DNA of 64,000 bases from contig NMRA01000023.1 of the NCBI GenBank assembly GCA_002633005.1, positions 302,580-366,579 of the forward strand, written 5' to 3'. Positions 37,501 to 49,000 of this stretch are shown here, piece after piece. Below the pieces are notes generated by a model. The model was not told the origin of the DNA, ran no database searches, and saw nothing but the letters and a program-made list of their open reading frames with translations. The DNA comes from Phoronis australis. Lineage: Eukaryota; Animalia; Phoronida. The translations under genes and the position numbers were made by a program. Every line of letters begins with the position of its first letter. Positions within the stretch are counted from its first letter, which is position 1.

Positions 37501-39843
37501 TATATATATATATATAGGTCAGATTCATATATATATATATATATATATATATGAATTTACGTGACAAATAACCGAGGAACTTATTTTTACGCTTGTATAA
37601 TCTGATTAATTCGTTTACATTTCATATATATAGAGTGGAGCATTCTCCTTTTTCTTCAACAACAAGATTTTTAAATGTCGCCTTTAAAATATTTATAAAA
37701 TATTTAGTAGTTGGAATTTTGTCTTTTCCTTTCTGTTTAGTCCGTTCAGTTAATTTTACTAGTGAAATCATTTTCCCATAGCCAAATTGTTTTCATTTAT
37801 AGAAAGCTCTTTAGAATCTTCAGAGTTCAGCTTTTTTAGAGAAGTGTTACTTTTCAGATTTTAGGTATGTTCCCTTCAACAGAATCTAAAATAAAAGAGT
37901 AGGAAACAACCAGATGACCACCTGGGATTGCCATTTTTAATGCCAGGGGATACTCTGATTCGCTCTTATAAGAATAAACAAAAGTTGACCAATACTTAGT
38001 GAGAGAGGATATAATTCTTTGGTAGTTTGCCTCCATTTCCTGTCATCATAGCGTGGACCTCATTTTGGGTTACTTTTTGCCATCATCTGATCCTCTTCTT
38101 TATGTGTGATAAGATCTCCTTGAGAAAGAATTAAGTTTCACGTACCGCTGGCGCTAGGCAAACTGTTGTTTACAGCAATTTACTTTTTGTTGTCTTCAAT
38201 CCATTAACTACAGAAAACAAATCAAATACACTGGTTGATTTAGAACAGACGCTAACAAAACACAAATTAGTGATTGCACACTCAGTTAATGATAAGTAAA
38301 CTTAATTGAAGACCATTTATTTATAGGTAAGTACCCTGAGTACATGCATAGCTATTTTCTCTTCTCTAAATAACTAAGTAACTTTATAACTTATTTATTA
38401 TCTATTTAACTGTATATCTGCATGCATGTCAAAAATTGTATATATCAATTAACTTATTTATTTCATTTTTCATTCATCTGTACATATCATTGTTCATCTT
38501 ATTTATTTATTTTATTTATCTATTTATTGTAATCTCGAGGACCATTTGGTAGATACGTTTTACACATAACATGTTTTTATCCTCTATAAATAAAGTTATT
38601 TATTATTATTTATTATTACATGACGGAGCCTTAATGTGTTGCAGGGGTATTTTGGTGCTGTCTCGGGACTGAAGTTCCCTATCTATTTCTCCTGATTTTA
38701 TCTCCACTGTCACATATGAATTAGTCTCAGTCCCTAGCTGAAGTGGTTGTAGGTCATAACCCACACTATCTCAACAAATAGAATAAAAAGAGACATGCAG
38801 GGTACAGACAACTGTACATGGGATTCTAGGAACTGAAGCAATAGGCAATTACGGCCCTATGACTCATCTGTGTATTTGACCTGTTCACTTCAGTGTTGTT
38901 AACCAAGCATATGAGGAACGTTTGGCTGAACATGTATAGCCAAAACATTGTCTGGGATCGAACACAATGATGATGGTCCCTAAATTGTCAAGTGGATTTA
39001 GAGGTTGCACTCTACCATGACAAAAGAATAGTTTATAAAATTGTGACATCAGAGTATTTCTAAGCTGTAAGGTCACCATGGTTAGCTTCAGTCTCATTTT
39101 GGGGTGCATATAAAGTGTACAGTAAGCTTGTTCAGAGTGTTTCTTTTAATACTTGTACGAAAATGGAGAATTAGTTTACTTTGGATAAATTCATTGTAGT
39201 GACCATTTTTAGTTTACACATTCAAATGAAAAACTATAAAACATGAATAAACATGATTGCTTATTTTGGTTAACAATGTCTAAGATTCTCATGACATTTG
39301 TTGCCAACTTTATTAAAGTCTGCCATTATGTTGTGTCTTGTTCTACTCACAGGTGTTCATTTAAATGGATGACATCAGTGACGTCTGCTACACCAACTTA
39401 CACCGGGACATATAATTGCGCAACTGAAATAGTTCTCAATATATGACATAACTGTAAAGCTATTATATCCACCATTACGAAAATACCATAAATATTGGAT
39501 GTAGAAAAATCGATGTCATCTCATACACTTTTTTGTGTTGTTTTTGCATATTTTAACGAAAAGTCTTTAAGTATCAAGTTTTATAAAAAAATCCTTTATA
39601 GCATGTACAGAATACTAGGCTGGGTGTTAAGTTCCAATGTTTACTATTACTACTAGTATTGATAACAGAGGGTCGGTAAGTTGACACTTTCCAAGTTATA
39701 AACATAACAGCAGTCCGACATCTGTACAGCTGTAGCTAGGGAGCAGGCGAGAAAATAACAGGCTATGAGCACTACCAGTTATGCTAAGTTTTAATATCTG
39801 TCAAGATGTGGAACTAGTTCTCCATACATAGCACGAGAACGAT

Positions 39844-39886
<43 letters not shown>

Positions 39887-42800
39887 NNNNNNNNNNNNNN
39901 NNNNNNNNNNNNNNNNNNNNNNNNNNNNNNNNNNNNNNNNNNNNNNNNNNNNNNNNNNNNNNNNNNNNNNNNNNNNNNNNNNNNNTCTCTCTCTCATATC
40001 TATATTTTTTGATATTGAAACAATTGATGGTTCATCGCTGAATACCAACTTCCAAACTGCCGACAAATTTCACTCGTGCCAGCTACGAAAATGTCCAGGA
40101 CACCATGTACATGTACATGTACATGTAGTTCTAGACCTACCAATAATTTGTCAGAACTTGTTACACATCCAATAACACTCTTGTCGTGTGATTCGCGAAA
40201 ACGCTGAGCAATGGTTTCCGTTATGAGGTAATGTTGACGGGCTATCCGTGTTCCACCACTTTTCATTCATGCTGTTCGGACCTCTTATGTCGCTATCGAC
40301 AAAATGGAGACAAGCCGCATGACGGCGTTTTTCCGTTCAGTGACTTTGCCAGACGTTTAGGGTTGTGAGCGTGTGATAACATCTAGCTTCTTTGTTAACT
40401 GCCAAGCACAGTCTTTTGTATGGTATGACAACAGGCAGTCCAATTATCTACCAGACCACGTGTGAACACAGTCAAACCCAAAGCGAATTGGTACATTCGG
40501 AAAGAATAGATTGTCGTAACTTCGATTGTATTTGGGCGATTTTGGCAATTCAAAAATTAAACATGATCACCATTTGACGAGGATTTCAGAAATGCTATTG
40601 GTTTATGTTCAAATATGTTATAACGTAACCTTTATTTTTAGCAGCACAGCCCAGTCAGGCTACATTACGGCGTTTTCCCGTTGCTCCCAACTTGTTCGAT
40701 TCTATAGCTCAACAACAAGTTGGGAAGTTTACCCCTGTAGCCAATATCTTACACGACAGATTAACTCCATTCTGTCATTGATGGTTTGAGGGCCAGCTCT
40801 CTTTTGTTCGATAATTGCTCTAATCTCCAATAAGATCGTATCTACCCTGACTGGACTGTGCTGTTCAAAATATAAGTTAAGTTATAACATACTTGAACAT
40901 AAACCAATAGCATTTCTGAAATCTTCGTCAAATGGTCATAATGTTTAGTTTTTGAATCGCCAAAATCGCCCAACTGCAACCGAAGTTACACTTTATTCTT
41001 TCCGAATACACCATTCTCTCTGAGTTCGACTGTGTTCACACGTGGTCTGTAATAAGGCTGGTAGATGATTGGCCTGCCTGTTGTCATAACAGACAAAAGA
41101 GTGTGCTTGACAGTTAACAAAGAAGCTATATGTTATCACACGTGCTCAGAACCCCCTACGTCTGGTAACGTCACTGAACGGGAAAACGCTGTCATGAGAT
41201 ATGACCTTACAGCAATTGTCGAACAAAAGAAAGCTGGCCTCCAATCATAAATGCCAGAATGGAGTTAACCAGTCGAGTAAGATATTGGCTTCAGGGGTGT
41301 TCTTCCCAACTTGTTGTTGGGCTATAGAATCGAACAAGTTGGGGGCAACGGGAAAATGCCATAATGGATGGTGTAAACAAAACGAGCGAATAACAACATG
41401 CTAATTTAATACGAGACGAGCTAATCAGTGGAAAAGAATCATGAGAAATATAAAGCAATTACAGATTTGACCCCATGCAGCATTGCTCAGTCTCCGTCGG
41501 TCCATATGGCCCGATATCACACTCGGGATTTGTCAATATTTGTTCAATATGGAAAGTTAGACTCGTTGCAGAGGACGGTTTGCTTTAGCAGAAGCGCGAA
41601 ACAAATATGAATACGTCCCTGTCGACAGCAGTTTCGCCTAATCATTTCTCATTTTGGTTGTTGAAAGTGGAATGCTCGCCCAAGAGCTATGATCTTGGTC
41701 TTGTAGATATTTGTACATCTCGCGATACAAACTGTCCCCATTCGTTTGTCCTTGATGTAAATGTTTTTTCAAAGAAGGTCCTACTGTCGCGATCGATACG
41801 TTATGTACCATGACTTTAGAATATTCGTACACCGTCTAAATGTCGATGCTGTTCTTATGATGTGTTGCTTGAATTCCAGGTGACGGATTCTTCTCGACCG
41901 TATGCAGTGTCCAGGTTCAGGCACAGATCGGGTGCGAGAACAAAACAGTCTCCGTGATAGCTAAGATCTTGCCAGAGAATCCAGTTTTCAAAGACCTGGC
42001 TTTAAACACCGGGATGTTTACAAAGGAAGTCGGCTTCTACGATGTCATACTTCCTGCTTTGGTTAAGTTCCAGGAGAACCGCCAAGTGTCACCCCGACTC
42101 CCATCAGTGCCCAGATTCTATTACGGCTTTGAAGACAATGATAACAATTTAGGGGTAGTAATCATGGAAGACTTGCGTAATCTAGGGTACAAATTGGTCA
42201 ATAAAAGAGAAGGCTTGGATTACGACCATTGCCAGTTGGTTACAAAGGAACTGGCAAATTTACACGCGTTGTCATTTGCTTGGAAAACGGAAAATCCTAA
42301 TTTTATGGAGGGAGATTTTGGATTGTTGTTGAAAGAAACTTTTTTTTCGGACGAGATAGTTGCTGCATTTAAGTTTGAAGAAGAGATCATGACGGTACTC
42401 AATAAAGCTTTAGGTTATTTCTATTCTGCAACGACTGATGAAAACGCAAAAACCAAAGCGAAGATTATCTTTGACAAGATCATGGAAACTGATGTTTATC
42501 ATAACGTCATTAAAAAATATCTCACTTTACCAACGGAACCCTACGGTGTGATTTGTCATGGTGACGCATGGGGTAACAACGTGATGTTTCGTTACGAAGG
42601 AAGCAGCTGTAAGCCAGTTCAAGTAAAATTATTGGATCTTCAGACCACACGGTACGCTCTACCGACCACCGACTTGTCGCTCTTCCTCTTTTTAGGTGCC
42701 TTGCCAAGTGTCAGAAAGCAACACCTTGATGATCTTCTGAAGCTCTATCACGAAACCTTCACGGAAATGCTAAGCCACGTGAATGCACCCTACCCAGATT

Positions 42801-43048
42801 TCACATATGAAGTTTTTCACCAGATGTTCCTGGAAACGGCTCTGTATGGAGCTGTGCTGGCGTGTGATTATCTATACTGGATACTCGCCGACAGTGATAC
42901 CGTAAAGACTTTAGAGACGTGCAACACCAGCGACCAGATGGTGGATCACATGGAGGAAATGTCATCGAAGGCAAGCGTCGCCGAACAGACTTTAATGAAA
43001 GAGCGCGTGAGCTCTATAATTGAAGATTACGTAACACTTATAGCTTAA
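34597..43048 (+). CDS. ecdysteroid kinase-like (EcKL) protein, copy 2, 444 aa, 2 exons
   Basis: Exon 1 34597-34762, exon 2 41880-43048 (GDGFFSTV...), phase-1 intron of 7117 nt; CHGDAWGNNVMF and LLDLQ intact. Confidence 0.9.
35441..35585. mobile_element. 145-bp hAT-like MITE with 5-bp TSD
   Basis: Ends CATGGGCGACGCA / TGCGCAGCCCATG; TTATC directly flanks both sides (35436-40, 35586-90); an internal extra right-end copy lies at ~35501-35513. Confidence 0.6.
37493..37552. repeat. two (TA)n microsatellite runs
   Basis: Direct reading. Confidence 0.95.
38130..38618 (+). mobile_element. CR1/L2-group LINE 3' end relic
   Basis: GAGGA...TCCTC stem, then AATAAA and a (TTA)n tail at 38537-38618; weak ORF2-end-like residue upstream. 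Confidence 0.45.
39846..39995. repeat. (TC)n microsatellite spanning an N gap
   Basis: Direct reading; copy 1 has only a short ctctctc at 25377-25383. Confidence 0.9.
40318..41368. repeat. interleaved inverted repeats A-B-A'-B'
   Basis: A 40318-40659 pairs with A' 40846-41196; B 40661-40823 pairs with B' 41207-41368. Confidence 0.8.
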
Positions 43049-43209
43049 CCAGCCCTGTATTAGGCAAAGACATCGCCCTGAATGCCACAGAAATCAGCTA
43101 ACCGACTAGCCAACCGAGGACGAGTTGCCTAGCGCTGTATGACCTTACAAGCGCGAACCTGTTTTAATTTCTAAATTATTTGTTTACAACACAGAAGGCT
43201 TTCCTTAAA

Positions 43210-44351
43210 AAATGTGCGTTTAGTTGCACAAAACGTGAACCCCAGTGTCATTCAGGTGGACTGTGTACTACTATTTAAGAACACACTCTCGAATCAGGGG
43301 CGTGGGATGCCAGTTTTGATCAGCACCGGCGCTTTATCATACCATAGTAACAAAAAGGTTCGACAGGTTAAAATAATACTAAGCCCTGTTTTGGAGATTT
43401 CACCAAAATCTGGTTCTTTATCTTGCTGGTGCATCGTTCGCAGTTACCTCGAGTGATAAAAGTACTTTCCGACAGACACTGACCCTCTGTATCACAAATT
43501 GAATTTTGTGTTTTGGGGTGGGTAGCCTTTCCCCACAGTCGTCATGTAGCTCTCCTAAATCGTTAGTCCCAGTTAACCGACTTGGTAAGGTTTTCAAACT
43601 TTCTCCAAACTTGGGAGGACTGGCAACATTAACAGAGTATTATTTCATTTTCAAGATTTCAATTGATAAGGCCTTTATGGTATCTACTAATAAGCCAGAT
43701 CCGGCTTTAGCATTCTTTTAAGCGTGGTCATCGTGGTTCATTTTTTGACTACGTCATTGGTGTTTTTGCAATACATGGAATAAAAATTGCCGCAGAGTTA
43801 TTTTATTATCAAAAGTCTTAAAAAATCACTAGTCATCCATCAAGTCCCCAGTACTGAGGGACTAGGCGGCTCCGCAACGTCGTGAAAATTACTTTTCAGT
43901 ACGTTCCAGCAGTTACGATTTCTATTTTTTGTATCTAGCTTTCACCAGTAAGAATGACAATGCTCATCGCCCATTAAAAACCAACGTTTTGCTTTTTTCA
44001 CTTTTGTCTACGACGCGTATTTGCATGTATGCCAGCTTAACGGCGCGAAAATAGACAACTTAGTGGCACATAATAAATCTGGAACCTTTCTAAACCACGT
44101 TGTGAAACAATTTTAACCCCTCTAATATTCCATAGGGCCGTCCCGGGTTACACGACGGTAGAACTTTCTTTTGTCCCGAAGTTAAGAATGCGCCCGACCT
44201 CGTTTGGGCAATCAGGCACATTTTCGGGTCTCTCAATTGATGTAGATAAGTAGGGAAGGCGAAGAATTTCCAATCCCCTATCCACGTTGATCAAACTTTC
44301 TCACGTCGGAGTTGCAGTCCACAGCACACAGCAGTAATACTTCCTTGGCAT
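43210..44351 (-). pseudogene. decayed THAP-domain gene, copy 2
   Basis: ATG at 44351: MPRKYYCC then a frameshift to AVDCNSDVRK...FFAFPT; paralogous to 27300-28424. Confidence 0.5.
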
Positions 44352-45574
44352 CGGAAGGACGAATAGGGTAATGCAACCGAGAAGAAGTTGTAAAGAATCA
44401 GGCAACAACAAATAACACGCCAATGGCACGAAAACGATCGTGTCGCAGCTGTTATTGTGTTTTTGCATCATTTAGTTTAGTCATAGTATTTCATAATTTT
44501 CTGTTGTTAATCACCACTTTCTTAGAGCAGAACATGAGTAATACTTCCTATTCCTAGAACTGTTTGTTTGTCAGCATAGTGCATCCTTTATTTGTTCATC
44601 CTATTTGACTGGTTAATTCGTATTTGTCTAGTCTCAAAAAATATCACTTTCACTTGTATTTCAAGTAGTAGTTTTTACGAGCAGTGTGAGTTGATTAGTA
44701 GTTGATTCTTCGCATTGAAATTTGTTCTCCTCGTGTAACTGTTTGCAGTCTTCAATATACTAGTCAAGACTAGTTCTGTTCCTACGAACCACCTCGTACC
44801 GCATTTTCCGTGTACCCCACAGATAGATGTAGCAAATGCGCCTGACGGATGTTTACGGCAATGTGGGTAAATACAGCGAGATTCGATGATGGCACGTGTC
44901 AACGAAGAGACACCAGTTTCGACACAAACGGTTCCAAGACCTTCTTCACTAAACCCGGTTTTGGCATGTAAACAGATATTGGGGCTATGTACGACGTTAA
45001 CAACAAATCTGTATATAGCCGCGTATACAAAAACTATAGGCTTTAAGTCTGTAAACTAAAGGTGCATTTTCTTATGAACCCATTCATCCATTTCTAAAAT
45101 ATGGTGTTCCTAAGTTGGCCAAAATTTGGGCATTTCTATGGTGTCAATCTTGAAATGACTTTCCCAACAGGCTCTCTCAAACAAGGTACTGTTTAATTCT
45201 CGACAGCACTAAAAGCTACCAAACCGGCAAGCGTGACCTACACTACAGGTGAGTTACACAAATGCAGGGAAAGATCATTGGCCTAGAACTAGTGGATATC
45301 AATTCAGTCGGAAGCAGTAGCCGCGTTCCCATGTATTTCGAAGTATTTCAGGAAAAATGAACGGGATAAATTCCACAAACGGTCGTCTTGTGGTTTCCTT
45401 GAAAATGCATAAAACGAAGACGAAATATTTAGAGAATTGAAGCAGCGTATTTGAAATCTTACTAAAAATGTTCAAATGTCATGTACCTTTCCTTTTTGTG
45501 ATCCAATTAATAGTTGGTTGGTAAACGGATTAAAACTAAAATTTCAGGCATTATTTCTACTTTTAGAAAATATA

Positions 45575-45845
45575 TAAGGTTCCCAAAAATGGCCCACTTT
45601 TTCAGCAACTGACCAACCGAATTCGTTCAAATTTCTCACATTGTATCTTCAGCGTATGTCAACAAGTCTACAAAGTATCTCACAGAAAAATAAAAAAATA
45701 CGGATGTATTGTGAAATTCAAAACAGCATGGTGAAAATATCACTGTGACTTTCATCTGTTCACTTTGTGCTGGCACCTGTCAGTCAAAAAAATTGCCTGC
45801 CTAGGTTTCAAGTATAGGCCTACTCTTTTTTATTGTCAGATCTGT
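45575..45845 (+). mobile_element. truncated left end of the maT/mariner-like element (duplicated copy)
   Basis: tatataaggttcccaaaaatggcccacttt... matches 29273-29835 with internal deletions; no transposase or right TIR follows. Confidence 0.75.
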
Positions 45846-46089
45846 ACATTGAAAGCAGGGTATAAAGAAAGCAACACAAAGACCATTGTAAAATATGATT
45901 CAAACTATTTATTGTAAAGTTAAAACATAAAAATAAAAATATAACAACAATATAGGCTGAGCAATATGTTCAAACTAGATCATTAACACCATACAAAAAT
46001 ACCAGCAACAAGGCTATACTTCTGGGCTTGTGATAGTTATATGCCCAACAATGAGATCAAGGCTGACACCAGGTGGCGGAAGGAGTAGA

Positions 46090-49000
46090 CTAGGACTTTT
46101 TTGGTTGCAACATGCTTTCCCTGGAAATGAGAAAGAAAACTGTTAGTTCTCGTGAGAGACAAATTTAGGAGACATCTACGGTGGCCCGAAAGTATCATCG
46201 CTATTTTAGTTGATTAATGTTTTTATTTTTCCTTTTCCACCTAGGATGAAATATTTCAACCTAGGTGGAAATTATTTTCACCCGGGTGGAAATTATTTCA
46301 ACCTAGGTGGAAATTATTTCAACTTAGGTGGAAATTATTTTCACCCGGGTGGAAAATATTTCAACCTAGGTGGAAATTATTTTCACCCGGGTGGAAATTA
46401 TTTCAACCTAGGTGGAAATTATTTGCACCCGGGTGGAAATTATTTTCACCTGGGTGAAAATGTTATACATCCTATTGTCATCTGTGTTGTGATTGGATGA
46501 AGTCTTGTAGGTGAAGGTCGATTGGGCCAGCCATTTTGTTCAACAAAGTTCAGATTAGGTTGCAATGTCGGCACCTTATCTGCCTCTTGGATTTGCCGCG
46601 GACTTTAACAGAGACAGTGTGATTACGTATTACTCCTAGTTCCAAAACAACTCTCTGAATAAAGTTGCCGGATTTCAGCAACGAACCCAAGCCATTAACA
46701 AATATAGTGTATGGTGTAGAACGTTGAGAAATTTCCGACAAATAAATGACATATTATTGTTGTTGTCCAAAAGCCTCGCCCTTCCCGTGCTGACAGGTTT
46801 CAAAGACTTAAAGTTACACAACTAGCAACAAAAGGCAAAGATAGTATCATAAATATCCCACAAATGGTAAAAGACGTATGGTGAATCACATCTTATGGAT
46901 TCACAAGAGGATACAAATTTTGGTAAACAACTAGCATGATTAATGAATTATACACCAGTCTTAAAAATTACTTAACATTGTTTCTAATTAGAGTATAATT
47001 GTCAGCAGTATCAGAAATGTCACTAACCAATAGTGTAATATAACACATCATTAAAATACGTATTTGTGTATGACCATTGCAATGACAACCACCTTCAGCA
47101 ACCAACGTATAACAGTACAAAGTATTCAAGATTAAATTATACTGTAAGGTACAGTCCAGATAGTAAAAAAAATTCCAAATTAGTAACGTTTTCGGGGGGG
47201 GGGGGGGGGTCAAGCGAAATTCCTTGCACAGATTGTCCTGTATATGCCAACACTCTAACACATATGTCTGCAAACATGTGGTGGCAGAATGATCTAACCG
47301 ATTGACATGAATAAACAAAACAAAGAGCATTGTTTTTAGAGTGCTACAAAAGGGTGTGCAGCTATGGCTTGACACATGACTTGTTCCTAGCGCAAGTAGA
47401 TGACGCCACATTAACCAAACGACGTACAAGCATGAAAATAATTTCCACCCGGGTGAAAATAATTTCCACCTAGGTTGAAATAATTTCCACCCGGGTGAAA
47501 ATAATTTCCACCTAGGTTGAAATAATTTCCACCCAGGTTGAAATAGTTTCCACCCGGGTGAAAATAGTTTCCACCCAGGTGAAAATAGTTTCCACCCAGG
47601 TGAAAATAGTTTCCAACCAGGTGAAAATAGTTTCCACCTAGGTTGAATTATTTCCACCTAGGTGGAAAATGAAAAATGAAAAAATATTTAAACAAAAGTA
47701 GCGATGATACTTTCGGGCCACCGTAGACATCCTTTCCAATATTACAATTATGTGACATTCCTCACAATTACAATGGCCATCAAAAAACATTTAGTTGTGC
47801 TGGTCGCTTATCTTTTGGTACCAAAAAGTCTGATGAGACAGGAGTTCACAAAGACTGGTCATTTTAATAAAGTCTTGCTCCTATACATTGGGGTTGGATC
47901 ATAAGCTGAGCATGCAGAAATTTTGGTGGTCATTAACCTGACCATAGGCATGACACAGACTGTTAGTACACAAAATGGAATGAAACTTCATGTGCTAAGT
48001 ATTATACATCGTCTAAACACAATGAGGGTTGCTTCAGGGTACTTACAATAGAGCATTTGACTGCTGCAATTCACAAATTTTCTCCTCTGTACTAAACATC
48101 CAGTCCTTGTACATTTGTTGCCACCTTGTCTCTAGCTACAACAGTAGAAGGGTAACCACATGGAGTCTGTGTGCAGAACGAAATTAGCCATTTCAACTAA
48201 TATTTGAAGTCTTGGAAGATTAACATTTAACTAACAGGTTTCTGTTTCATTTGTTTATCAGATGCTAGAGTTACAACTATGTCTCGGAATGACATTAAAA
48301 TACGGATAAAATACCAATAGCAAAGGCATTCTTATAGGTAGAAGGCAAATGTATCATGAAGTATGTTTTCAGAACTTGTTAATGTTATTTTGTATTCAGA
48401 CTGGTTTGAGAACACTGGTGTGCCCTTAAAGCACCTCAAATGCATTCACTCAGTCTTGTTTTCCGGCCAGTTAGATGAAGGTAAGACACGCTTAAGCAAA
48501 TAACCCAATTATACAAACACATACGAATGCTTTCTACATTTTTGGATGCATCCGCAAACTACTACATAAATGCAGAATTAATTGACAGATCGCATTGACA
48601 ATTGGTGCACAGTTCTACCCCAGTGGCTCACACAAAGCTCACACAGTTTCACACAAATAGCACTAGTGACATGCCCATCAAATACACCTCTCCAGCAACT
48701 GTTTGAAGTTTATTCTCGTCAGTTGAGAATTGCCAAATGGCATAGTTGAAGTTCATCCAGTGGACGTTTCAGATATTCTTTACCCCTTCCCATTAACCAT
48801 GAAGTTCAAATCATCTAGGTCAATCTCCAGATCCCACCCTTTTCACCCTGTACTCCTATAAATACCTGTTCATTGAACACCTTGTCAGATGTGTTTGCCT
48901 CAAACTCTGCCTGTCGCGCTTTCATGTCTTCCTTTGTCTTCTTCATGCTCTCCTCAATCTCTGTCTTTTCCACTAACAGTGCTGCATTTGTTCCTTCCAA

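Larger units (their letters stand above)
34385..45845 (+). repeat. segmental duplication, copy 2 (expanded intron)
   Basis: Matches 23700-29835 except for intronic blocks ~35430-39755 and 40258-41574, which are absent from copy 1. Confidence 0.9.

Noticed and set aside
46210-47657. Repetitive ORFs (GGNYFNL/GGNYFHP and WKLFSPG repeats)
   Set aside because: Translations of the 21-bp subterminal arrays of the IS3EU-like element.
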